A stretch of DNA of 64,000 bases, taken from contig JAFGUF010000012.1 of NCBI GenBank assembly GCA_016938675.1, forward strand, positions 70,076 through 134,075. Reading direction: 5' to 3'. Both the position numbers and the translations under genes were made by a program. Below the pieces are notes generated by a model. The model worked only from the letters and a program-made list of their open reading frames with translations. It did not search any database and was not told the DNA's origin. Shown here piece after piece: positions 49,495 through 59,757 of this stretch (within the stretch, counting starts at the first letter, position 1; each line of letters starts with the position of its first letter). The DNA comes from Clostridia bacterium. GTDB taxonomy: Bacteria; Bacillota; Clostridia; Christensenellales; UMGS416.

Positions 49495-51429
49495 GTGAAC
49501 AACAACCAGGTTTTGGACAGATGGACAAAAGAAAAATCAGAAGAGCTATATAATATAAAGAATTGGAGCTCAAAATACTTTGCGGTAAATAAAAAAGGCG
49601 AAGTCACAGTTAATCCGTATAAAAGAGACGACACGGCCTCTGTAAGCCTGCTTGACATCATATCAGGCCTGCAGGAGCGAGGCATAGATATGCCGGTTCT
49701 TTTAAGGTTTGAAAATATTCTGGATTCCCAGATTACATTCATAAATAATGCTTTTAACAACGCAATGAAAAAGCTGGAATACAAGGGCAAATACCGCGGC
49801 GTATACCCCATCAAGGTAAACCAGCAGCAGCAGGTTGTCGAGGAGGTCGCGAAATTCGGCCAGAGATACCACCACGGCTTGGAGGTAGGCAGCAAGGCCG
49901 AGCTGATAGCCGCGCTCTCTGCCATGAAGGACAAGGAAGCAGCCCTGGTATGCAACGGCTACAAGGACACCGAATTCATAAACCTTGGGCTATATGCTAC
50001 CAAGCTTGGTTTTAAATGCTTTTTCGTTATAGAGATGCAAAATGAGCTCGACATTATTTTAGAGCATGCTAAAAGGCTGAAAGTTGAGCCGCATATCGGC
50101 GTAAGAATAAAGCTATCATCCACAGCGGGCGGACACTGGTCCGAGTCATCAGGTGACAGGAGCATATTCGGGCTTAATACCGCTCAGCTGATAGAAATAG
50201 TGGATAAGCTAAAGTCGCAGAATATGCTGCACTGCCTGAAGCTGCTGCACTATCACCTTGGCTCCCAGGTTCCCAATATCAGGGATATCCGTTCAGCTGT
50301 ACTGGAGGCCGCAAGAGTATATGCAGAGCTTAAAAACGAAGGCGCAGCAATGGGCTATCTGGATTTAGGCGGCGGACTGGCTGTGGACTACGACGGCTCC
50401 CAGACCAACTACTCAAGCAGCCGAAACTACACAGTGGATGAATACTGCGCGGACGTTGTGGAGGCCGTAATGCACGTGCTGGACAAGGTCGGCATTGAGC
50501 ACCCGACCATAATGACGGAGTCCGGCCGCGCACTGGTTGCATACTATTCCGTGCTGGTATTCAACGTACTGGATGTTGCAGAGTTTGAGAAATTCGAAAC
50601 GCTGCAAGTGCCGCCTGAGGATGCCAACGAAACCATAAAGAGCCTGTATGAAACCAGCCTCAATATAAGCCCAAAGAACATTCAGGAGTGCTACAATGAC
50701 GCGCTATACTACAGAGACCAGATCAGAGAGATGTTCAACCATGGGCGCATTTCGCTGCGCGAGAGGGCAATGAGCGAAAAAATATTCTGGAATATAATAA
50801 ATGACATAGCAAAAACCAAGAAAAAGGTGCGCTTTGCGCCGGAGGAGCTTGAAAACCTGGAGTCAGCCATTGCGGATATCTATTACTGCAATTTTTCATT
50901 GTTCCAGTCCATACCTGACAGCTGGGCAATAGACCAGCTCTTCCCTATAATGCCCCTGCAGAGGCTGAACGAATGCCCCGCCACCAACGCAGTGCTTGCA
51001 GACATCACCTGCGACTGCGACGGCAAGATAGACCAGTTCATTGACCTCCATGACATCAAAAAAACCCTGCCGGTGCATAAGATAGCAGACGGCGAGGACT
51101 ACTACCTGGGCGTATTTTTGGTGGGAGCCTATCAGGAGACCCTGGGAGACCTGCACAATCTTTTCGGCGACACCAACGTCGTCAGCATCAAGATCGATGA
51201 AAACGGCGGCTACGACCTTGTCAGCGAAATACAGGGCGACACCGTAGCAGACGTATTATCCTATGTGGAATTCGACATCAAGCAGATGCGCCGGAATTTC
51301 CGCCAGACGTCCGAGCAGGCTGTAAAGGAAGGCAAAATACTCCTCAGCGAGCAGCGCACCATTATGGATGCTTTTGACGTGGGCCTTGCAGGATACACCT
51401 ACTACGAAAAGGATGAGAAGAATGCTTAA
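49495..51429 (+). CDS. speA: Biosynthetic arginine decarboxylase (alanine-racemase fold)
   Basis: YPIKVNQ (PLP Lys), GLEVGSKAEL, CNGYKD, HYHLGSQ, DLGGGL.VDYDG, TCDCDG, GAYQETLGDLHNLFG. GTG start. Confidence 0.93.
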   Translation: MNNNQVLDRWTKEKSEELYNIKNWSSKYFAVNKKGEVTVNPYKRDDTASVSLLDIISGLQERGIDMPVLLRFENILDSQITFINNAFNNAMKKLEYKGKYRGVYPIKVNQQQQVVEEVAKFGQRYHHGLEVGSKAELIAALSAMKDKEAALVCNGYKDTEFINLGLYATKLGFKCFFVIEMQNELDIILEHAKRLKVEPHIGVRIKLSSTAGGHWSESSGDRSIFGLNTAQLIEIVDKLKSQNMLHCLKLLHYHLGSQVPNIRDIRSAVLEAARVYAELKNEGAAMGYLDLGGGLAVDYDGSQTNYSSSRNYTVDEYCADVVEAVMHVLDKVGIEHPTIMTESGRALVAYYSVLVFNVLDVAEFEKFETLQVPPEDANETIKSLYETSLNISPKNIQECYNDALYYRDQIREMFNHGRISLRERAMSEKIFWNIINDIAKTKKKVRFAPEELENLESAIADIYYCNFSLFQSIPDSWAIDQLFPIMPLQRLNECPATNAVLADITCDCDGKIDQFIDLHDIKKTLPVHKIADGEDYYLGVFLVGAYQETLGDLHNLFGDTNVVSIKIDENGGYDLVSEIQGDTVADVLSYVEFDIKQMRRNFRQTSEQAVKEGKILLSEQRTIMDAFDVGLAGYTYYEKDEKNA

Positions 51430-52270
51430 GGATAAAAAACCGCAGAGCGAATTTTTCTACTGCTCATATGACGAATGCGAAATTGCAGTATTCGGCATTC
51501 CCTATGACGGCACAGCCAGCTATCGCCCCGGCACAAGATTCGGCCCCGACGCCATACGCAACGAAATGTACGGCCTGGAGACATACAGCCCGTATCTTGA
51601 TAAGGATCTGAATGATTACAGAGTGTGCGACCTAGGCGACCTGGAGATACCCTTCGGCAACAGGGAAGGCGTGCTTCAAGAGGCGGCATTTGAAACAAAG
51701 AGCATACTGCAGGACAATAAAAAAATAGTTATGCTGGGCGGAGAGCATCTGGTCAGCTACCCTGTAATAAAGGAGCTTCACCAAAAATACAGTGACCTGC
51801 ACGTCATTCATTTCGACGCCCACACGGATCTGCGGGATGAATTCTTCGGCGAAGCGTTTTCCCATGCGACAGTAATAAAGCGTGTGCACGATTTTTTAGG
51901 CGACGACAGGATATATCAGTTCGGCATAAGGAGCGGCACAAAGAAGGAGTTTGAGTTCGGCCGAGCCCACACCAATCTTCATGCCTTTGATACTGAAGGG
52001 CTTAAGGATGCTGTAAGCAAGCTTAAAGGCAAGAGCGTATATATAACAATAGACCTTGACGTACTAGACCCATCCATATTCCCCGGCACAGGCACGCCGG
52101 AAGCGGGCGGCATAACATTCAAGGAGATGATGGAGGCGATAAAGGACATGAACGGGCTCAATATTGTGGGCGCTGACATCGTGGAGCTATCCCCCCATTA
52201 TGACGCAAGCGGCGTATCCACAGCAGTCGCATGCAAAATACTTAGAGAATTACTGCTAATTATGGCATAA
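51422..52270 (+). CDS. speB: Agmatinase
   Basis: GGEH, DAHTD, HAT, DLDVLDP..PGTGTPEAGG. Confidence 0.93.
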   Translation: MLKDKKPQSEFFYCSYDECEIAVFGIPYDGTASYRPGTRFGPDAIRNEMYGLETYSPYLDKDLNDYRVCDLGDLEIPFGNREGVLQEAAFETKSILQDNKKIVMLGGEHLVSYPVIKELHQKYSDLHVIHFDAHTDLRDEFFGEAFSHATVIKRVHDFLGDDRIYQFGIRSGTKKEFEFGRAHTNLHAFDTEGLKDAVSKLKGKSVYITIDLDVLDPSIFPGTGTPEAGGITFKEMMEAIKDMNGLNIVGADIVELSPHYDASGVSTAVACKILRELLLIMA

Positions 52271-52300
52271 ATATTAAACCATCATTCGGAGGTAAATTAA

Positions 52301-53500
52301 ATGGCAAAAGTTATGATTATTGGCGCAGGCGGAGTATCCAACGTGGTAGTGCATAAGTGCGCGCAGAACGCTGATGTATTTGAGGAGATACTGCTGGCAT
52401 CACGCACAAAATCAAAGTGCGACGCCATTAAAGAAAGCGTAAAAAACACAAAATCAAAGATAACAACGGCTCAGGTGAACGCCGACAACACAGAAGAATT
52501 AGTAAAGCTAATCAATGAGTTCAAGCCGGAGCTTGTAATAAACGTTGCCCTGCCCTATCAGGATTTGACCATTATGGATGCATGCCTTGAAACAGGAGTG
52601 CACTATCTGGACACAGCCAACTATGAGCCGCCTGAAGTGCCTAAATTTGAGTACAAATGGCAGTGGGCATACAAAGAGAAATTCGAGAAGGCAGGCCTGA
52701 CTGCTGTGCTTGGCAGCGGATTCGACCCCGGCGTAACGGGCGTCTTCTGCGCATATGCTCAAAAGCACTATTTTGATGAAATAGACTATATTGATATACT
52801 GGACGCCAACGGCGGCGACCATGGCTACCCCTTCGCGACCAACTTCAACCCGGAAATAAATATCCGCGAAATTACAGCAAACGGCAGATATTATAAGAAT
52901 GGCGAATGGCTGGAAACGCAGCCTCTGGAATTCAAGAGGGAATTCACCTTCGACCAGATCGGCGAAAAGGACATGTACCTTTTGTATCATGAGGAGCTGG
53001 AATCATTAAGCAAAAACATAGAAGGCGTAAAGCAGATAAGATTCTGGATGACCTTCTCGCAGAACTACATTAACCACTTAACAGTGCTGCAGAATGTGGG
53101 CATGACATCCATTGAGCCCATTAATTTCGAGGGGAAAATGATACAGCCGCTGCAGTTTCTTAAAGCTGTACTTCCCGATCCTGCATCCCTTGGCCCGCGA
53201 ACAAAGGGCAAGACAAACATCGGCTGCATCATACGGGGCAGAAAAGACGGGCAGGAAAAGAAATACTATGTATACAATGTATGCGACCATCAGGAAGCAT
53301 ACAGCGAAGTCGGCAGCCAGGCAATATCCTACACTACAGGAGTGCCTGCCATGATTGGCGCGATGATGATACTAAAAGGCCTTTGGAAGAAGCCCGGCGT
53401 ATACAACGTGGAGGAGTTCGACCCCGATCCTTTCATGGATGAACTCAACAAACAGGGACTGCCTTGGCAGGTAGACTTCAGCCCAGTAATACCCGAATGA
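52301..53500 (+). CDS. Carboxyspermidine dehydrogenase (saccharopine dehydrogenase family)
   Basis: GAGGV, NVALPYQDL.IMDAC, YLDTANYE, GFDPGVT, FATNFNPEINIRE, QAISYTTGVPA. Lies next to nspC. Confidence 0.9.
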   Translation: MAKVMIIGAGGVSNVVVHKCAQNADVFEEILLASRTKSKCDAIKESVKNTKSKITTAQVNADNTEELVKLINEFKPELVINVALPYQDLTIMDACLETGVHYLDTANYEPPEVPKFEYKWQWAYKEKFEKAGLTAVLGSGFDPGVTGVFCAYAQKHYFDEIDYIDILDANGGDHGYPFATNFNPEINIREITANGRYYKNGEWLETQPLEFKREFTFDQIGEKDMYLLYHEELESLSKNIEGVKQIRFWMTFSQNYINHLTVLQNVGMTSIEPINFEGKMIQPLQFLKAVLPDPASLGPRTKGKTNIGCIIRGRKDGQEKKYYVYNVCDHQEAYSEVGSQAISYTTGVPAMIGAMMILKGLWKKPGVYNVEEFDPDPFMDELNKQGLPWQVDFSPVIPE

Positions 53501-54630
53501 TGAACTATGATTTTTCAAAACTGAATACCCCATGCTATGTGGTCGACAAGGAACTGCTTGAAAAAAACCTTGATATATTAGGCGAAGTCCAGCGGCGCAC
53601 AGGCTGCGAGATACTGCTGGCTTTGAAGGGATTTTCCATGTACTCGCTTTTCGGGCAGGTTGGCAAGCATCTTTCCGGCATAACAGCCAGCTCATTGAAT
53701 GAAGCGCGCCTCGGATATGAGGAGATGGGCAAGCAGGTGCATATATTCGCGCCCGCCTACAGAGAAGATGAATTCTACGATATTTTAAAGATTGCAGACC
53801 ATATTGTCTTCAACACCTTTGACCAGTATGATCAATTCAAAGACAGAGTGCTGGCCGCTGACAAAAAAATAGAGATGGGCATACGCATAAACCCTGAGTA
53901 CTCTGAAATAGAGACTGATATTTATAATCCCTGCTTTGCAAATTCCCGCCTCGGCACTGTGCTTTCTCAGTTTGACGAAAGCCGCCTTGAGGGAATAGAC
54001 GGCCTGCATTTCCATGCAATGTGCGAGCAAAACAGCGATACCTTAAGCCGGATACTTGACGTAGTTGAAGAAAAGTTCGGCAAATACATGCATCAGATGA
54101 AGTGGATAAACTTCGGCGGCGGCCACCATATTACAAGGCCGGACTATGACATTGAGCTGCTTGTAAAATCCATTATCAGGATACGGGATAAATATAATGT
54201 TAAAGTATATCTAGAGCCCGGTGAGGCCGTTGCACTAAACACCGGCTTTTTGGTTACAACGGTTCTGGATACATTGAAAAACGGTATGGATTTAGCCATT
54301 ATTGATGCATCGGCTGCCTGCCACATGCCGGATGTAATGGAGATGCCCTACCGCCCGCAGATAATCGGCGCGGAGCTGCCCGGCGTGCTTCCCTATACTT
54401 ACCGCCTCGGCGGAAATACATGCCTTGCGGGTGATGTAGTGGGCGATTATTCATTCGCTGAGCCCTTAAAGCCCGGCGACAAGCTGATATTTACGGACAT
54501 GGCGCACTACACAATGGTGAAGAACAACACATTCAACGGCATAAACCTGCCCTCCATTGCAATATACGACGAGGAGGAGATAACCTATGTCAAGGAGTTT
54601 GGGTATGAGGACTATAAGCGGAGGCTGTAG
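53497..54630 (+). CDS. nspC: Carboxy(nor)spermidine decarboxylase
   Basis: LALKGF, RINPE, GLHFH..CEQ, NFGGGHHIT, EPGEA, CLAGD, HYTMVK..TFNG. Confidence 0.92.
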   Translation: MMNYDFSKLNTPCYVVDKELLEKNLDILGEVQRRTGCEILLALKGFSMYSLFGQVGKHLSGITASSLNEARLGYEEMGKQVHIFAPAYREDEFYDILKIADHIVFNTFDQYDQFKDRVLAADKKIEMGIRINPEYSEIETDIYNPCFANSRLGTVLSQFDESRLEGIDGLHFHAMCEQNSDTLSRILDVVEEKFGKYMHQMKWINFGGGHHITRPDYDIELLVKSIIRIRDKYNVKVYLEPGEAVALNTGFLVTTVLDTLKNGMDLAIIDASAACHMPDVMEMPYRPQIIGAELPGVLPYTYRLGGNTCLAGDVVGDYSFAEPLKPGDKLIFTDMAHYTMVKNNTFNGINLPSIAIYDEEEITYVKEFGYEDYKRRL

Positions 54631-54654
54631 GTAATTAAAAGAGAAACACAATAT

Positions 54655-54683
54655 AAGCCGTCGGTAATTCCGACGGCTTTTTT
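54655..54683 (+). terminator. Terminator of polyamine operon
   Basis: AAGCCGTCGG-TAATT-CCGACGGCTTTTTT. Confidence 0.8.
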
Positions 54684-54736
54684 GTAGTTTTGTGGTAGTG
54701 TGTTGTAGAGTATAAATATATCGCCTGTGAGCGGGA

Positions 54737-55143
54737 TACCCCTCCGCCAAGCATAGCGTTGCTGGTTTTCGTCACTTATAGATTGCAAATAACTTAGGTG
54801 TAAGGCACACATTACTTTCGAAGTTCTAACGAACGTCTTTCGTAAAGTGTCGCCATCTAGTATATTGCTTTTTTAATTGTGAAAATATCTACCTTCGGTA
54901 GATATTTTCCTTTCGCTCATCGCAGCCTGCTTCGCAGACGTGCTTGCCGTCCCTTTACATGGTAGGCTTAACGGATAATATACATTATTCAAATGCTAGG
55001 CTCCCCTTGTAGGGGAGCTGTCACGCATTGCGTGACTGAGAGGTTTCAGATTGCATAACTGCCTTCGAAATTAATCCTAATCTATGGCATTATTTTAATT
55101 AAGGGGTTGTTAAGGTACCTTAATTACAAGGGCGGTGGGTGGG
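54737..55143. repeat. Repeat cluster: expanded family-A element (54737-54969, -), family-A unit (54998-55045, +), family B (55104-55143, +)
   Basis: rc of 54910-54969 is nearly identical to 61312-61371. rc of 54737-54777 resembles 61383-61424. Confidence 0.8.
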
Positions 55144-55249
55144 TTAAGATTGAACTAATTCATTTAGAAAACTATACACAAGGAGCTTCAATTAATAAAC
55201 AAAAACCCGCTGATATTTCAACGGGCTCTTCATTATAATTTAAATCTAA

Positions 55250-57112
55250 TTATGCTTCCTCCTCATAATACTGCGCCTGCGCCTGCCATAGCTCGCTATA
55301 TTTTCCGCAGCCTGCTTTGAGCAGCTCATCATGGGTGCCTCTTTGTATTATTTCGCCCTTGTCAAATACCATTATGTCATGGCAGAACCTGCAGCTTGAA
55401 AGCCTGTGGCTTATATAGATGGCCGTTTTGTTCCCTACCAGACTATCAAACTTTGAGTATATTTCAAATTCGCTTATGGGGTCTAGCGAGGCTGTGGGCT
55501 CATCAAGGATTATGATTGGTGCGTTTTTATACAGCGCTCTGGATATTGCCATCTTCTGCATCTCGCCGCCGGAGAAGTCAACGCCTGCCTCATCGAAATC
55601 GCGCTTTATGTATGTGTCGATGCCATTTGGCAGCATTTGCATTCTTTCCTTGAGCCCTGCCATATCCGCGCACTCCCCTACTCTTTTTTCATCGGGGCTA
55701 ACCGAGGCGGATATATTCTGCGCCACGCTGAATGAAAACATCTTAAAATCCTGAAAAACTACCGAAAAGAGCGACATATATTCATTTAAATCATATTTTT
55801 TTATGTCTATGCCGTTTAGGTATATCTCGCCTTCTGTCGGGTCGTACAGCCTGCAAAGCAGTTTGATCATCGTGGTCTTGCCCGCTCCGTTCATGCCCAC
55901 AACCGCCAGCCTTTCGCCGATATTGAGCCTGAAAGATAGATTCTTGAGCACATACTCATCAGATGAAGGATACTTAAATGATACATTTTTGAATTCTATT
56001 TCGTATTCGTGGTCGCTGCGCTTTTCAACAGGCAGTGTGCCGTGATATTTGATGTCGGGCAGATCCATAAGTTCGAGAATATTGTTTAAAAATTTGCAGT
56101 TCACTTGTATAAGCACAAACGCCATCAAAAACTTTGCTATGCCGTCAGTCAGCTTCTGTATAACGGCAGCGTACTTCATAATGCTTCCTATAGTTATGGC
56201 TCCTATAAAGGCTTTTAGCACAACAAATATATATATAATCCCGCTGAAAAAACCTTCAGCAACTGCATTTTTCATTTGAGACTTAGCTACTTTATTAATA
56301 AACCTTGAAATAAATTTATCGAAGCTGTTTACAAAGTCGGACGAAACACTAGTGAAGAGTTCTTCCGTGTCGTACATCCTGAAGTCCTTACCATAGTTGT
56401 AGTTGCCCATCAGGTTTTCTTCCAAGTATATGCCCTTCCTATTTATTCTCATGGCAGATTCGTTTATCTCCACCTGGTAATCGCCCATTTTCTTTGTGTG
56501 CAACAATTGAATGAGCACAACCGCAGCCATACTTACAAGAAGTAATAAGATAGTAAAAGGAGAGTTTATGTATCTTACAAGTGCATTCGGTGATGCCGAA
56601 ACTTTCGCGGCGAATAGCCCTGCAGTTATGGCGACGGAAGTGCCTATTTGAATAAAAGAAGTGATAAAATTTCTTATATTCACTGTTATTTGATAAGTCG
56701 TGCCGGACATGTTTTCGTATTCCAGTATTTTCTGCCTCAGGTTGTGAAGGTCCGGGCTGTCCATGTATTCATAGTCTAGCTGTGTTATCTTCCTGCTTAT
56801 TTCTTTCTGCATGGCGTGGCGCATTATGCGCATCTTGGCTGACATTATACGCTGAAGGAAATCGCATATCAGCTTAAGTATCAGGCCGGAGCCGATTATT
56901 ATGCCCACATACAGAATAAACCTGCGGATGTCTCGCGCGCCTAGAAGCTCGTCTAATACAGCGGCGGAGAATATGATGGTTATAAAGTACTTTGCTGATT
57001 CCAGTACAGAATGCAGAACGACAATAGGAAAGAGCTTTCTATCCAGCGAGTGAAGCAGCTTGAAGGAACGAATGAATATATTCAGGTCTTTTTTTAGTCC
57101 GCCTTTTTTCAT
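55250..57112 (-). CDS. ABC exporter, fused TMD-NBD
   Basis: GMNGAGKTT, FSGGEMQK, LDEPT, SHRLSS. Confidence 0.9.
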   Translation of the reverse strand: MKKGGLKKDLNIFIRSFKLLHSLDRKLFPIVVLHSVLESAKYFITIIFSAAVLDELLGARDIRRFILYVGIIIGSGLILKLICDFLQRIMSAKMRIMRHAMQKEISRKITQLDYEYMDSPDLHNLRQKILEYENMSGTTYQITVNIRNFITSFIQIGTSVAITAGLFAAKVSASPNALVRYINSPFTILLLLVSMAAVVLIQLLHTKKMGDYQVEINESAMRINRKGIYLEENLMGNYNYGKDFRMYDTEELFTSVSSDFVNSFDKFISRFINKVAKSQMKNAVAEGFFSGIIYIFVVLKAFIGAITIGSIMKYAAVIQKLTDGIAKFLMAFVLIQVNCKFLNNILELMDLPDIKYHGTLPVEKRSDHEYEIEFKNVSFKYPSSDEYVLKNLSFRLNIGERLAVVGMNGAGKTTMIKLLCRLYDPTEGEIYLNGIDIKKYDLNEYMSLFSVVFQDFKMFSFSVAQNISASVSPDEKRVGECADMAGLKERMQMLPNGIDTYIKRDFDEAGVDFSGGEMQKMAISRALYKNAPIIILDEPTASLDPISEFEIYSKFDSLVGNKTAIYISHRLSSCRFCHDIMVFDKGEIIQRGTHDELLKAGCGKYSELWQAQAQYYEEEA

Positions 57113-58938
57113 AATGCTTCCTCCATCTCTTTTTTGTAGTAGTGGCTCTGCACCTCAAACATATGGGCGTATTTGCCGCCCTTTTTCATCAGCTCCGCAT
57201 GGGTGCCTTCCTCTAATATTTCCCCGTTCTCTATGAATATTATCCTGTCGCAAAAGCGCGTGGATGAAAGCCTGTGGGAGATATATACCGATGTTTTCCC
57301 CTTTGTCATCTTAGCGTATTCATCATACAGCGCAGCCTCGGCTATGGGGTCCAGCGCCGCCGTAGGCTCATCCAATATCAGCACAGGGGCGTCCTTATAA
57401 AGAGCTCTTGCCAGAATAAGTTTCTGCTTCTCGCCGCCTGATAGGTCTGCGCCTTCATCGGTGAATATATTGTTAAGGTATGTCATGGCTCCGCTTTTCA
57501 GCTTATCCACCTTTTCAGCCAGCCCGGCTCTTTTCAGTGATTCATTTACCAAGGTAATGTCGCTTGTTTCCTTCGGCCTCATGCTTACGTTTTCTGCTAT
57601 GGTAAATGACAATATGCAGGCGTCCTGAAAGGCAACAGAGAACAGGCTCTGGTATTCTCTGATGTTGTATTCTCCTATATTTGTGCCGTTTATCAGTATC
57701 TCGCCTTCCTGCGGCGTCAAAAGAGAACAGATTAATTTAACCAGCGTGGTTTTCCCTGCGCCGTTCACGCCGACCACTGCCAGCTTTTCGTCCTTTTTAA
57801 TATGCAGGTTCATTTTCTCTATTGTATATTCATCGCTTTCTGAGTATTTGTAGCTTACGTCCTTTAGCGTAATAGAGAATGGCAGTTCTTCATTCTTTGG
57901 CAGGGGCAGCCCTTTTCCACGGTTTGTCTTGTCCTCCATGTCGAGGTAATCTCTCAGGTTGTCTATCTGCAGTGAGCACCTTTTTATCTCGGACATATTA
58001 TCAGACAGCCCAGAAAGCCAGACAGAAAATCCCGCAATAGCGCCCAGGTACAATGCAAAGTCACCAACCGGCATGCCCTTAATTACTTGATATATAAGGT
58101 AGGCATAGGCAAGCCCGTCACGCAGAAAAATTATCAAGGAATCGACAACGTTGGGCACGTATTTTTTGTATTCAACTTTTTTGTGCCATTTGTATCTTTG
58201 CCCAATAAAGGACTCGAACATATCAATCAGCCATTCAGACATTGAATACATTCTTATGTCCTTGGCGTTGTCTATCTCCACGCACTGCTCCCGAAGATAA
58301 TAGAGCTTGTTGTCAATTGATATATATTCATCCTTGTGCTTCTGTTCATACTTTAGTGCATGACGCGAAACAAGAATATTTATTATCGCGCCTGCCGCCA
58401 AAAGCAGCAGTATATACGGATTCATGAAGCCTAAAATGCCGCCGAATATCAGTATACCGCCTATGTTTTTTAGTGTCTGTGCAGACTCAGTAATAATGAC
58501 TTCCGTTCCGGAGGTATCGGATTCTAATGATTCCAGCGCTTTTCTTTTTTTGTCCTGGCCCGCTTTGCATGTTATATTCTCATAGTCCGTTAGTATGGTT
58601 TTACGCATCCATAGTGAGGTCAGGCTGATGCGTGTCACCATAGAGCGACCCTCTATTTTTCTTGAGCTATATGTTAGCAAGATTTGAGAAAAAGTCAGGC
58701 CAAGTGCCACTGCGGCAATAATTATAATAAGATTGCCTAAAGGAATATTATTTGTAAGTGAATCAATAATTATCTTAGGAATGAAAATCCCCAGCACTGC
58801 AATGCCCAACCCGCCGATCATAGGCAGCGGCATATGGAAAAGTAATCTCTTATCGTTTTCTTTGACTTTCCTAGCCATAAAGGCAAGGTTGCTTAGCGCA
58901 CCGTGGGTGCTTATTTTATCAATTGGCTTTTTCATCAT
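57109..58938 (-). CDS. ABC exporter, fused TMD-NBD (heterodimer partner)
   Basis: GVNGAGKTT, LSGGEKQK, LDEPT, SHRLSS. ATGA overlap with the partner. Confidence 0.9.
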   Translation of the reverse strand: MMKKPIDKISTHGALSNLAFMARKVKENDKRLLFHMPLPMIGGLGIAVLGIFIPKIIIDSLTNNIPLGNLIIIIAAVALGLTFSQILLTYSSRKIEGRSMVTRISLTSLWMRKTILTDYENITCKAGQDKKRKALESLESDTSGTEVIITESAQTLKNIGGILIFGGILGFMNPYILLLLAAGAIINILVSRHALKYEQKHKDEYISIDNKLYYLREQCVEIDNAKDIRMYSMSEWLIDMFESFIGQRYKWHKKVEYKKYVPNVVDSLIIFLRDGLAYAYLIYQVIKGMPVGDFALYLGAIAGFSVWLSGLSDNMSEIKRCSLQIDNLRDYLDMEDKTNRGKGLPLPKNEELPFSITLKDVSYKYSESDEYTIEKMNLHIKKDEKLAVVGVNGAGKTTLVKLICSLLTPQEGEILINGTNIGEYNIREYQSLFSVAFQDACILSFTIAENVSMRPKETSDITLVNESLKRAGLAEKVDKLKSGAMTYLNNIFTDEGADLSGGEKQKLILARALYKDAPVLILDEPTAALDPIAEAALYDEYAKMTKGKTSVYISHRLSSTRFCDRIIFIENGEILEEGTHAELMKKGGKYAHMFEVQSHYYKKEMEEAL

Positions 58939-58952
58939 TTACCTCCGATAAA

Positions 58953-59013
58953 AACATACCACAAAAAGTAATTGAACATAAAAAAAGTGCACCAATGGTA
59001 TGATTCAGTGCAC
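58953..59013 (-). promoter_or_regulatory. Probable LytTR-activated promoter of ABC genes
   Basis: AGTGCAC direct repeat 21 bp apart (58986-58992, 59007-59013) upstream of an extended -10 TGnTATGTT. Confidence 0.55.
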
Positions 59014-59025
59014 AGGATGCTAAAA

Positions 59026-59757
59026 TTATAGTGGCAGCAGTATTTCCGTTGCGAATACGCCGGGCTCATTCTGCCTGTTTATGTACCCGTCATATTTTTT
59101 TACAGTGGTGTCCACCCGCCTTAATCCGTGCCCGTGCATAGCGCCGCCCTTTCTAGAGACAAATATTTGTGTATCGTTGCGCTTTTTTTCAGCTGTGGAG
59201 TTGGCTACGGAGATGTAGAACTGCTGTTTGAGCCTGCCGATATATATCCTGATGAATCTATCTTCAGGGTTTTCTATTTCATTGCACGCGTCAATAGCGT
59301 TATCTATCAAATTGCCTATTATGACGCACAGGTCAACATCTGATACGTTTATCTTCTTGTCTGCCTGCGCCTTTACGTTCACCTTGATTTTGCGGCTCTC
59401 GGCCAGGCTGACCTTGCTGTTTAGTATGGCGTCCACCATCACGTTACCCGTTTTTATTCTAGTGTCCACTTTTTCTAGGTCTACATCCAGCGCTCCTAGG
59501 TATTGATCAAGCTCACTGTATTGCTTCAGAGCCATATGCGCCTTCATTGTCTGTATATGGTTGTGATAATCATGCCGCCAGCCACGCATAGTCTGGTATA
59601 TGTTTTTCACTTCATCATAGTGGCGCTCAACCTGCTGCTTGAACTGCAGCCCTGCTCCTTGCTCAATGCGTTTTTTTATAATTATGAGCGCAATAATAAA
59701 GGCCGCTGCAAAGGCAAAAAATGCTATAATATATGGCAGCATAGATTTGATTATCAT
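59026..59757 (-). CDS. GHKL sensor histidine kinase (AgrC/VirS-type, single TM)
   Basis: WRHDYHNH H-box, GNLIDNAIDA N-box, HGHGL G-box. Confidence 0.9.
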   Translation of the reverse strand: MIIKSMLPYIIAFFAFAAAFIIALIIIKKRIEQGAGLQFKQQVERHYDEVKNIYQTMRGWRHDYHNHIQTMKAHMALKQYSELDQYLGALDVDLEKVDTRIKTGNVMVDAILNSKVSLAESRKIKVNVKAQADKKINVSDVDLCVIIGNLIDNAIDACNEIENPEDRFIRIYIGRLKQQFYISVANSTAEKKRNDTQIFVSRKGGAMHGHGLRRVDTTVKKYDGYINRQNEPGVFATEILLPL

